From assembly GCA_040954595.2 (NCBI GenBank), contig CM082595.2, forward strand, positions 333,690-397,689: DNA of 64,000 nucleotides. The letters run 5' to 3'. Positions 55,601-63,228 of the stretch are shown here, one piece after another. The notes below the pieces were generated by a model. It saw only the letters and a program-made list of their open reading frames with translations. It was not told where the DNA came from and did not search any database. Position 1 is the first letter of the stretch; each line of letters starts with the position of its first letter. The DNA is from Balanoglossus misakiensis (Eukaryota; Animalia; Hemichordata). The position numbers and the translations under genes are program-made.

Positions 55601-58600
55601 TACTTTCAGTGTTTCAACTCGTAACAACAGTTTGCATAAAGTATCAAATGTCAAATCAGGTGACAAAGTCTTTCAGATACTCAGGAGGTCTCCTCAGTCT
55701 GGATGATCGACGCGATTCAGGAAAACCTTCAGAGGACACTGGTGGTGTTTCTTGCATCTCAGCTTTGACTTTGTCTGGTGAAGCAGGAAGTTCGATGTCT
55801 TCAACGATGTCTTCATCCTCTTCTTTGGGGACATCTCCGTTCCCATATCGCAGTTTCTTGAAGAATGATGAATTGCGAGTGATTCTATGACTTCCTCGTC
55901 GTGCTGTAATCATACTTCCTTTCTGCTGTTCCACTTCATATGGTTCTGGCTTGAATGGAGTGGACATCTTGTTCTTCTTTTGTTGTCTGACAAGTACTTG
56001 ATCACCTATCTGGAGATCGGATGGTTTTGCATGATTCTTCTTGTCAGCATACTCTTTCATCTTCTGTTTCTTTTCAGCATCTCTGGCTGACACATCCATC
56101 TTGGGCTTGTGGATTTCTTGCTGAATAACTGGCAGGGTTGTTTTCAGCTTTCTTCCGTAGAGCAATTCTGCTGGGGATCTATCTGTAGTGCAATGTGGTG
56201 TGGCTCGGTACTGGCGGAGAAACTTGAACAGTTCTTGTCGCCAATTCTTGCCTTCGATCTCGGCTATACGCGCTGATTTCTCAATCGTTCTCATCAGTCT
56301 CTCGGCTTCTCCATTAGCCTTTGGCCATAATGGTGTGACTCTCTTGTGCTTGAAGCCTAAGTACTTGGCAAACCTGGTGAAGTTATCACTGTTGAATGGT
56401 GGACCGTTGTCCGTCTTCACCTCGTCTGGTATGCCTTGTCGTGCAAATATTGCATCTAGATGCGGAACGACTGCTTTTGCTGAAGTAGATCTCAGGAATT
56501 CTATCTCTGGGAATCTGCTGTAGTCGTCGATGACCACTAGAAGATAATCTCCATTAGGGAAGGGACCACAAAAGTCAATGGATAGACTTTCCCAGGGACC
56601 GGAAGGTAATGTTGTCATCTTCAACGGCTCTGAGCTTGGTTTTGGACTGTGATTGGCTGCTTGGCACGGTATACATTTTGCTATCATTTCCTCAACCATG
56701 CTGTCAATACCGGGAAACCATACTGTTTCTCGTAGCAACTTCTTTGTTTTCACAACACCCTGGTGACCACTGTGAGCCAACTGTACAGCTTTTCTCTGTA
56801 GCTTCTGAGGTAGGATCAATCGACTTCCTCTCAACAGTACTCCGTTGGCTACAGATAGCTCTTCTTTGACAGATTTGTAGTGACTAACATCTGTGGTTGT
56901 GTCATACCACTGCTGCGTCATTATTGCCTGTGACAACTCTTGCAATGCTGCATCTTCGGCAGTCGCTGCCTGTACTTCTGCGAGTGTCATTGCATCTGGC
57001 ACTGCATTCTCTGTGATGAAGTTGACATATGTATCAACTCTTGAGGTGTGATCACTGGATTTCGTCGTGGCAGTCTCAGGATGTCTGCTCATGTAATCTG
57101 CAGGATTATCCTTACCAGGGCGGTAGACCACTCTGAATTTGTATGGCTGCATACGTAGACATAGACGTTCAATTCTGGCTGTTGATCTGCAGAGGGGCTT
57201 GTTGAAGATTCCTTCCAACGGTTTGTGATCAGTGACAACCGTGAAGGGGGAACCGTACAGGTACAAATGGAAGTGTTCTGCTGCCCATACGACTGCAAGT
57301 GCCTCTCTTTCAGTCTGGCTGTATCGGCTTTCTGCATCACTCAAAGCTCGACTTGCATAGGCAACTATGTTTTGTTTTCCTCCTGGTGTGCTCTGTGTCA
57401 ATATGGCACCTAAACCAGTGGGACTTCCATCTACGATGAGTTCTGTGCTCAGCTTGGGATCAAAATATTTCATCACCTGGCAGCTGGCCATTGCATCTTT
57501 GAGCATTTTGAACGATTTCTGCTGCTCTGGGCCCCATTGCCATTGTACACCTTGGTGGGTCAGCTCACGCATTGGCTTTGATATGGCCGCAAAGTTCTGT
57601 ATGTATCGTGACAAGTACTGCGCCATTCCCAGGAAACTTCTGACTTCTGTTGGATTTTGTGGCGGACTTGCGTTCAGGAGAGCTTTCACTTTTGTCTCTT
57701 CTGCTGCAACACCATCTCCGGAGAAGTGGTTGCCATAGAAACTGATCTCTGGCTTGCTGAACTCACACTTCCCTCTATTGGCTGTCGCATTGTGTCTTCT
57801 CAGACTTTCCAACACTGCTCTCAGATTGGCATCATGGTCTGCTTGTGGATTTTCTCCTTTTCCATAAACTATGATGTCATCAGAGATGTTTCTTGCATGA
57901 GGTATGTCTTGTAACATATCAGCTACAGCCTTGTGAAAGATTTCTGATGCTGAATTTATGCCAAAATTCAGTCTCTTGTAGCGGTATAGGCCTACGTGTG
58001 TAGCAAACGTAGTTATGTATCTTGAATCAGGATCTAAGTCTATCTGATGGTAGCCTTTGTTCAGGTCAATTTTACTGAACACACTGGCTCCATTGAGATC
58101 CACCAGTAAATCATCGATTGTTGGCATTGGGTGTCTCTCCCTCTCTATGGCAGTATTAGGAGCTCTCATGTCAACACATACACGAATTCCGGTTTTCTTG
58201 GGGACCACTACTATTGGCGAAACCCATGGCGTGGCGCCCTCAGTTTTCTCTATGATGTCAAGCTGCTGTAGTTTGTCCAACTCTTGCTCGACCTTATCAC
58301 GAATGTGAAATGGAACTCGTCGGTGCTGCTGGGCTACCGGTTTCACAGTTGTATCAATGTGTAGTTTGGCCTGGATGTGATTCATTCTGCCAATTCCATC
58401 AAATCGGTCAGAAAATTCATCAATCAGTTTCTCAACTGTAGGTGGCGCCGTGTTTGGTGACACAGTGTTTACTATGTGAAGTAACCCTAGGCTGGTTGCT
58501 GTCTCATATCCTAGTAAATTTCCACTGGACCCTTTCACTACACAGAAACTGCTGTAACTGGACTTGTTTGTGACACTGGACTGTATACGTGTCTGTATTT

Positions 58601-61316
58601 CACCCAGGATTGGTAGCGGTTTCTTGGAACTGTATGCGTATATTTTCTTTGACGTCTGAGAGATGTGTATATCCTTCATGGATTTGTAGGTTTTCTCATC
58701 AATGACATTGACGCCTGCACCAGAGTCAATCAAGCATTTCACCGCCTGGTTGCCAATGATGACTGTAGAGTGAGGTGTATGCTCACTGTTGACTGGAGAC
58801 AACATGATGGGGTAGACATACTCATCATCTGTTGATCCACTATTTGTTTCGTCTGCTTTGGACTCCACGGTTTTCACTGCTTTCTGTGGCTTGCTTCTGC
58901 ATACTTTGGAAAAGTGTCCGACTTTCTGGCATTTTCTGCAAGTTTTGTCTTTCGCTGGACAGGAGCCTGTGTGGGGGAAATCACCTCCACACCTGTAGCA
59001 ACTTCTATTTTCATTCCCCTTGGTTTGTTTCTGTTGCTGTACTTTGTTTGAAGACTGTTTGGGTTTGGGTTTTGGTCTCTGCCATCTGCCACCAGTTTTG
59101 CTCATCTGGTTCACACTTGTGCTCTGAGCAGATCGGTCAGTGTTTTCAATACCCTTGGCCTGGCGTTCTGACACTTCAAATGCTCGGCCTTGATCAAGGA
59201 GGTCTTTCAAAGAGAGATCTTCCCTGAGTACCCTACGCCGTAGTCGTGATGATGAACAGGACGATACTATTTGTGACTTTATTTCTTCGTCTTCATTTGG
59301 AAATTCACATGTCTCGGCCAATTGTCTTAGGCGGGTGTAATAGGTGTCTAACGGTTCACCTTGTTTCTGTGTTGTATTTCTGAACACATAGACTTCATAT
59401 GCCTTATTTACTTTAGGCAGGAAATAGTTATTCAGTGCTTGAACTGCCTTGGCGTAGTTTGTTTCATCACCACTGTCTGGTAAAACATCAAATATATCAG
59501 CCACCTCATCACCAGCTGAATATAAGAGGTGCGCACGTTTCCTTTTACCATCTTCGATGCCATGTGCTGTCAAGTACGTTTCAAACCGTTTCAGCCATTT
59601 CTTCCACCGAGGCCCTATTGATGTACTGTCATCATGAACCGAGAAGTTTGGAAACGCTGGTAACGCAGTAGCCATTCTGACTGGATAGCGTAGAATTTTC
59701 TCTGTGAATCTGTCCCACTCTGATGCTGGACGGTCGCCCCAACAAATCTGCAGAACTCTGACACTGAGCTACGATCGACGTTTTTTCTTATTTTTCAAGA
59801 TGGCGTCGCAACGATCGCTGTGCGTTCTGTGTTGTAGTGTACAGCGTAGTGGTAGACTGTACACACACAGCAAATGTACTCACGATTTTCGTCTTTGATT
59901 CTTTGAAAAACGTGGTTAAAAATGTCATCTAAGCATGGACTGCATGTTCACGCATCCTCGTCGCCATGTTGTAGGATATACCATGGAAATGGGGACGGGA
60001 AATATTGGTAATCAAGATGCTTTATTGGCCAGTATGCAATGGCTGGTAGGAAGCCATGCTGGATTCTTCTAATATGCAAATACATGTCAAAGGTCATGCG
60101 GACACATAGAGTTCTCATTCGTATAACGGAACAGTCAGGACATTACAGGACTCATCAGGTACCCAAAGTTCGTCTCAAATGCCAAGATAACATTTCGTAA
60201 CTGTTTTCATGTCATAAATTTTTATTAGCAATAACCTTTAGTTATCTCTAAACTTATTATTCAGCTTGAATTAATACACTGGCATCTTCTCTGTATCAAA
60301 TGAAATGATGTAGCATTTTGCAATGAATATGTCCATTTCATGACCCCATGGATATCAACATCTAAAATAAAACTTTCAACCTGTCCATTTACATATTGCT
60401 GTCAAAAAGTAAAATTATTCTTGACAAGTTGGATGTCTAAGACAAAGTGTTTTATGAAGTAATTATTATGTTAATTAGGGTAGCCCTCAACGCAATTAAT
60501 TTGAAGCAACCCTATCTAAAAAGCTGTGTTTTTATGTCTAAATATTGATTAGGTCTCCAGCAAACAAAGTGACTGTTCACTTTATGTACGGCTGGTGAGA
60601 TGATCCTGTTGACAGGGTTATCTTTGGTCGACATAACAGCTGTGACTTAAAATGTCCACTTAAATCTATCAGTGGCAGCTTGGGTTCTGAGTGTCCTGTC
60701 ATGGTATTAAAAACCGACTGCATACCATTCCAAGGATCGCGGAGAGACACTAGATTTTGCGGCCTTGCAATTGTGTTTGTCAATAAAGGTCTTTGGGAAT
60801 ATATGGACAGACTGGTGACACAGCCCATTGGATAGTCCTTTATGTTGTAAACAGTGGTTGTCTGGGTAAAAAGTAAAGTTAAAAAGTTTTGACCAGAGTG
60901 ACCCCTCCCCCTTTCGACATCTTATATACGATATCAAACAACCCTTAATATTAATTTTATTGGTGGAAGTTCCCCAGACGCATAAGATGACATAAACCTT
61001 TAGTCGTCATGTCAACTCACTTTCAGACACCACAAGATAGTCAGACAACGAGGTAGGGTTGGCAGTAGGATGAGGTGTAAACAAGCACATGCCTTACATT
61101 CATAAGCCTATAACCCAGTCAGTGTATATATGCCTGGCCTGGCGATGTCTACACACCCAAAATACGTCTCTAATCGCCAAATAAGGCCATCATGTGTCAC
61201 CAGTCTAGTTTGCTATCATCCTGAAGAATATAGTGAACAGTCCCTGAGACAAATTTCTGTATAATACGCCGACAAGCCACCAAAGCTCGCTTACCTTCGT
61301 TGGATGTCAACGCCAT
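19621..61316 (-). CDS. CAMTA: Calmodulin-binding transcription activator (CG-1, TIG, ankyrin, IQ), 19 exons, ~1510 aa
   Basis: Exons 61295-61316, 52179-52303, 34444-34511, 30358-30496, 29899-30109, 29629-29672, 29116-29320, 27470-28977, 27060-27186, 26609-26743, 26290-26378, 25890-26083, 25623-25698, 24413-25493, 24081-24145, 23824-23898, 23445-23641, 23115-23189, 19621-19717 (4533 nt, all phases consistent). CG-1: [10 protein letters not shown]|[46 protein letters not shown]: [22 protein letters not shown]. Ankyrin: [26 protein letters not shown] motifs follow. The first and last exons are the least certain. Confidence 0.93.
19998..21256. mobile_element. Non-autonomous DNA transposon with long (~280-300 bp) imperfect TIRs, TA-flanked (Tc1/mariner-like)
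   Basis: 19998-~20277 is the reverse complement of ~20953-21256 (e.g. GTTATCTCTAAAATTGTAACAACGTCACAAT vs ATTGTGACGTTGTTACAATTTTAGAGATAAC). TA at 19996-7 and 21257-8. No transposase ORF. Confidence 0.85.
22625..22893 (-). CDS. Possible alternative terminal exon of CAMTA with tandem acceptors
   Basis: tttatttgtgtag|GTGATAG|AGCT. The first AG gives an immediate stop (AG|G TGA). The second AG (exon start 22886) opens ORF 22625-22909 in the correct phase. AATAAA occurs on the - strand near 21924. Confidence 0.35.
23002..23095. mobile_element. ~94-bp TTAA-bounded MITE, copy 1
   Basis: TTAACCCTTTCACC...GGTGAAAGGGTTAA terminal inverted repeats; related copies at 40369 and 45850. Confidence 0.8.
24413..25493 (-). 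CDS. CAMTA: CAMTA exon 14 (ankyrin end plus S/P-rich region)
   Basis: Core of ORF 24333-25505: MWACALGH...[14 protein letters not shown]...[10 protein letters not shown]. Confidence 0.92.
27470..28977 (-). CDS. CAMTA: CAMTA exon 8 (T/Q/S-rich low-complexity region up to the TIG start)
   Basis: Core of ORF 27362-29029. Acceptor ttgcag at 28978, donor GAG|gttggt at 27469. Confidence 0.9.
29899..30496 (-). CDS. CAMTA: CAMTA exons 4-5, core of the CG-1 DNA-binding domain
   Basis: Exons 30358-30496 and 29899-30109 encode [28 protein letters not shown]|[35 protein letters not shown]. Confidence 0.95.
31080..31850. mobile_element. Non-autonomous hAT-like element with 15-bp TIRs and 5-bp TSD
   Basis: CAGGGGTTTCGCTAA...TTAGCGAAAACCCTG (one mismatch). 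AACAT lies directly on both sides (31075-9, 31851-5). The interior is richer in GC and CpG than the flanks. Confidence 0.8.
32044..33812. repeat. Compound purine-rich microsatellite (GGAT/GGAC/GGAG/AGAG words; commonest unit 24 bp GGATGGATGGACGGAGGGACAGAG)
   Basis: Seen directly. It lies in CAMTA intron 3 and produces the stop-free 600-aa ORFs in the track. Confidence 0.97.
40369..40462. mobile_element. ~94-bp TTAA-bounded MITE, copy 2
   Basis: TTAACCCTTTAACCACCATGG...TTTCTATG...TGGACCTCT...GGGGTGACAGGGTGAA is colinear with 23002-23095. Confidence 0.75.
45850..45948. mobile_element. TTAA-bounded MITE, copy 3 (inverted orientation)
   Basis: TTAACCCTTTCACCCCCAGTTCC...CCATAGAAAACAAT...CCATGGCGGTGATAGGGTTAA is the reverse complement of the family. 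Confidence 0.75.
47249..47348. repeat. Short degenerate 10-bp-period repeat (CTATAGAAAT/CTATAGATGT) ending in TTTTTGTAAGG; probable DNA-transposon end remnant
   Basis: About 8 degenerate CTATAGA units. The transposon assignment is inference. Confidence 0.45.
49823..49985. mobile_element. Degenerate Tc1/mariner-like MITE remnant; related fragment at ~29710-29787
   Basis: Repeated CCACCT(G/C)TCTATA / AGTGGCCAC motifs; the reverse-complement form TATAGACAGGTGGCC occurs at ~29763. Confidence 0.45.
51950..52141. mobile_element. ~190-bp palindromic (fold-back) repeat element
   Basis: Arms ACACATATTGACTG/CAGTCAATATGTGT, GGGCAACAGCA/TGCTGTTGCCC, GGACTGCGAGTCA/TGACTCACAGTCC and CTGTTTC/GAAACAG surround a central CTCGGCCTTCGTCCTCGG. 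Confidence 0.8.
55220..55397 (-). repeat. 3' LTR of the Gypsy element
   Basis: Identical to 59970-60147. On the - strand it is preceded by the PPT AAAGAGAGGAGGGA (55398-55411). Confidence 0.96.
55656..59675 (-). CDS. Gag-Pol polyprotein (1339 aa): Gag with two zinc knuckles, protease, RT, RNase H, integrase
   Basis: [14 protein letters not shown] and [14 protein letters not shown]; protease LIDSGA; [23 protein letters not shown]; RNase H VDGS...EREALA; integrase HSGHQG...CIPC, IDF, TDNG, NGEAER. PR-RT-RH-IN is Gypsy order. Confidence 0.97.
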   Translation of the reverse strand: MATALPAFPNFSVHDDSTSIGPRWKKWLKRFETYLTAHGIEDGKRKRAHLLYSAGDEVADIFDVLPDSGDETNYAKAVQALNNYFLPKVNKAYEVYVFRNTTQKQGEPLDTYYTRLRQLAETCEFPNEDEEIKSQIVSSCSSSRLRRRVLREDLSLKDLLDQGRAFEVSERQAKGIENTDRSAQSTSVNQMSKTGGRWQRPKPKPKQSSNKVQQQKQTKGNENRSCYRCGGDFPHTGSCPAKDKTCRKCQKVGHFSKVCRSKPQKAVKTVESKADETNSGSTDDEYVYPIMLSPVNSEHTPHSTVIIGNQAVKCLIDSGAGVNVIDEKTYKSMKDIHISQTSKKIYAYSSKKPLPILGEIQTRIQSSVTNKSSYSSFCVVKGSSGNLLGYETATSLGLLHIVNTVSPNTAPPTVEKLIDEFSDRFDGIGRMNHIQAKLHIDTTVKPVAQQHRRVPFHIRDKVEQELDKLQQLDIIEKTEGATPWVSPIVVVPKKTGIRVCVDMRAPNTAIERERHPMPTIDDLLVDLNGASVFSKIDLNKGYHQIDLDPDSRYITTFATHVGLYRYKRLNFGINSASEIFHKAVADMLQDIPHARNISDDIIVYGKGENPQADHDANLRAVLESLRRHNATANRGKCEFSKPEISFYGNHFSGDGVAAEETKVKALLNASPPQNPTEVRSFLGMAQYLSRYIQNFAAISKPMRELTHQGVQWQWGPEQQKSFKMLKDAMASCQVMKYFDPKLSTELIVDGSPTGLGAILTQSTPGGKQNIVAYASRALSDAESRYSQTEREALAVVWAAEHFHLYLYGSPFTVVTDHKPLEGIFNKPLCRSTARIERLCLRMQPYKFRVVYRPGKDNPADYMSRHPETATTKSSDHTSRVDTYVNFITENAVPDAMTLAEVQAATAEDAALQELSQAIMTQQWYDTTTDVSHYKSVKEELSVANGVLLRGSRLILPQKLQRKAVQLAHSGHQGVVKTKKLLRETVWFPGIDSMVEEMIAKCIPCQAANHSPKPSSEPLKMTTLPSGPWESLSIDFCGPFPNGDYLLVVIDDYSRFPEIEFLRSTSAKAVVPHLDAIFARQGIPDEVKTDNGPPFNSDNFTRFAKYLGFKHKRVTPLWPKANGEAERLMRTIEKSARIAEIEGKNWRQELFKFLRQYRATPHCTTDRSPAELLYGRKLKTTLPVIQQEIHKPKMDVSARDAEKKQKMKEYADKKNHAKPSDLQIGDQVLVRQQKKNKMSTPFKPEPYEVEQQKGSMITARRGSHRITRNSSFFKKLRYGNGDVPKEEDEDIVEDIELPASPDKVKAEMQETPPVSSEGFPESRRSSRLRRPPEYLKDFVT
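59953..59966 (-). other. Primer-binding site complementary to the tRNA-Ser(GCT) 3' end
   Basis: TGGCGACGAGGATG is the reverse complement of CATCCTCGTCGCCA, the 3' end (with CCA) of metazoan tRNA-Ser(GCT) as recalled. Confidence 0.8.
59970..60147 (-). repeat. 5' LTR of the Gypsy element
   Basis: Identical to 55220-55397; the PBS follows 3 nt later. Confidence 0.96.
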
Positions 61317-61476
61317 GATACTTCAGTCCATGTTTCTGAAAACATTCATTACATTTCGGATCAAGGATGAAGTATCGCGAGATTGAACGCAGTTTGGATA
61401 CCGATCCCGTAGCTGTCATTTTGACGCTTCTTTCGAAAGAGGGCGCTCGGCAGCCCGAACAGAGTATCGTAGTCAT
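61291..61476 (-). other. 61-aa out-of-frame uORF overlapping the CAMTA start codon
   Basis: ATG in AAACATGA context at 61476; spans the CAMTA ATG (61316) in another frame; two CxxC motifs. Translation is not demonstrated. Confidence 0.4.
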
Positions 61477-62299
61477 GTTTCATTCATTCATTCTTTCTAT
61501 TTGCAGCACAACAACACACACACACACAAACAAACAAACAAACAAAAACTGGAAAAGGCAATAATGGAGCCAGAAAATAGCTATTCGAGCCTGGCCCCTA
61601 TTTAATACTTCAATTCTTACAATTTCTGAACACATAAAACATCATTTGCAATGACGAGAAAAATCAACAAAACTTTACAGAGGAAGGCGTACATGTATCA
61701 CACAGAAAAAAAATGAAATTCAAGCTTCAAGTTGCCAGATAATGTTACTGAGTTTATCAAGATTTTTTTAAAGTTCATAAAAACGTAACGACAATGGTTG
61801 TTTAAAAAGTACTAGTTGTCAAAATGTTCAGGACTTGTACATTCCACTGAGTGCCATGTTTTCGGTTTTCATGTCAATTTCCAAATTCTCTTTTCTGGTG
61901 CTCTGTTTTTTGTTTCGACCACCTTTTGCTGCAACTCCTGATTTGCTCGCTGTAGTTGTTCTTCTCCTTCTTCCGGTAATTCGGTAGTATTCTTTGAGTC
62001 TTCAATCATTGCGTTGAAGAACTACCATTCTGACGCGTGACGCGTTGTTATTTTCCTCGACAGACGTCGTCAGTGCAGCTGGCAAACCTTGAACAAATGT
62101 CCTTCGTTTCCTCAGATATCATTTTCCGGATGTTTGTGGATCAGTGGTCAGTCCTGCTTGTGTTCAGTCCAAAGTTCCTCTAACTGTCATGTTATCTGTT
62201 GGCGCGGGAAAACTTTTTTTCTCTGAACTCCTGGTAGACGAACGAACAGATCACCTTCTGTTCTTTGTGCATCTGCCTCACTTTGGCACTGATGTCCAG

Positions 62300-62418
62300 C
62301 TTTTATACCAACAAATTTGCATCAATTTGCATGAAAAGACAAAAGCTTGTCCAAGTCCTTCCCACCTGCGTGTCTTCGTCAAAATATTTTAGCAACACTA
62401 ATTAGCATTCATTTGCAT
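62300..62418 (-). promoter_or_regulatory. Candidate CAMTA core promoter: TATA box plus octamer cluster
   Basis: TATAAAAG on - at 62300-62307. ATGCAAAT on - at 62315-22, 62325-32 and 62411-18; variant ATGCTAAT at 62401-08. Confidence 0.55.
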
Positions 62419-62637
62419 TGAAACAATCAACAGGTTGGCCAACCGCAGTTTCCTATTTTTTCTTTGACGCGGCAGCTGTCAGAAGAGTTGCAAAGTGTTC
62501 CGTTTTCTCAATTTCTAGTGATGAAAAGTCAATAAAAGTCACCAAAACTGTAATCTGATAGGTATGAAAGAAAAAGACGTTTATCGGACTACTAATTTGT
62601 AAAAGTAAACCTATAGGCCCTAATTCTAAATCGACAT

Positions 62638-62710
62638 GCCCGGTTAGCTCAGTCGGTAGAGCGTGGGACTTTTAATCCTAAGGTCAAGGGTTCGACCCCC
62701 TTAGCGGGCG
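62638..62710 (+). tRNA. tRNA-Lys (anticodon TTT)
   Basis: 73-nt cloverleaf GCCCGGT TA GCTC AGTCGGTA GAGC G TGGGA CTTTTAA TCCTA AGGTC AAGGG TTCGACC CCCTT AGCGGGC G, with intact A and B boxes and one G-G mismatch in the acceptor stem. Confidence 0.9.
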
Positions 62711-62717
62711 ATCAAGA

Positions 62718-62723
62718 TTTTTT
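62718..62723 (+). terminator. RNA polymerase III terminator (T6)
   Basis: TTTTTT begins 8 nt after the tRNA 3' end. Confidence 0.75.
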
Positions 62724-62988
62724 GATTCGGAACTGAAGGAAAGGGTTTTTCCAGAACTTTGAATTAATAATTTAAAGTTGGGTGCATCATTTACGCTCCC
62801 AACTCCTTTTTTTTCAATTTGGTTTACAAAAAGTTCTTTACATAATATTTTAGCCTTCCTTTAGATCAAGCATTATTTAATCCAAAATGTAGAAAAAAAT
62901 CAAATAATCCAGAACAATCCAAAACAAATCCAAAACGGTTTTAGAATCTCTGAAGTACTAGTATATCTATTCGCGCAAATCCAGTCAC

Positions 62989-63059
62989 CCCACAATGCAG
63001 CTCGACGGAAGTGAGAGACGCTCAACTGTACTGTGCAGATGACAGTCGTCACTTCCGGT
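62989..63059. promoter_or_regulatory. Housekeeping-promoter-like motif cluster (ZNF143/Staf-like, two ETS sites)
   Basis: CCCACAATGCAGCTCG (62989-63004), CGGAAGTG (63006-13), CACTTCCGGT (63050-59). Confidence 0.4.
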
Positions 63060-63228
63060 TCTTACCAAAAACTACTTGCAAGCCGATCACGAAAGTGATG
63101 CGCTAGTCCATCTACTAACCTTGTTAATCTAGGCTAGAAAAAATCCTTTAACTGTAACTAAAATTTGTAAGTTGTACAACTCTCAGTCTATCCGAAAAAC
63201 ACGGTCCCATGGATATCGGGCCATGGCT

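Larger units (their letters stand above)
55220..60147 (-). mobile_element. Full-length Ty3/Gypsy LTR retrotransposon (Mag-like), 4928 bp, very recent insertion
   Basis: Two 178-bp TG...CA LTRs, identical by eye; 5-bp TSD GGACT (55215-9, 60148-52); PBS; PPT; one intact gag-pol ORF. Confidence 0.97.

Noticed and set aside
55597-59898. Short ORFs on the opposite strand or other frames of the Gypsy element (possible env or accessory gene)
   Set aside because: These are shadows of gag-pol. Only ~260 bp separate the pol stop from the 3' LTR, leaving no room for env.
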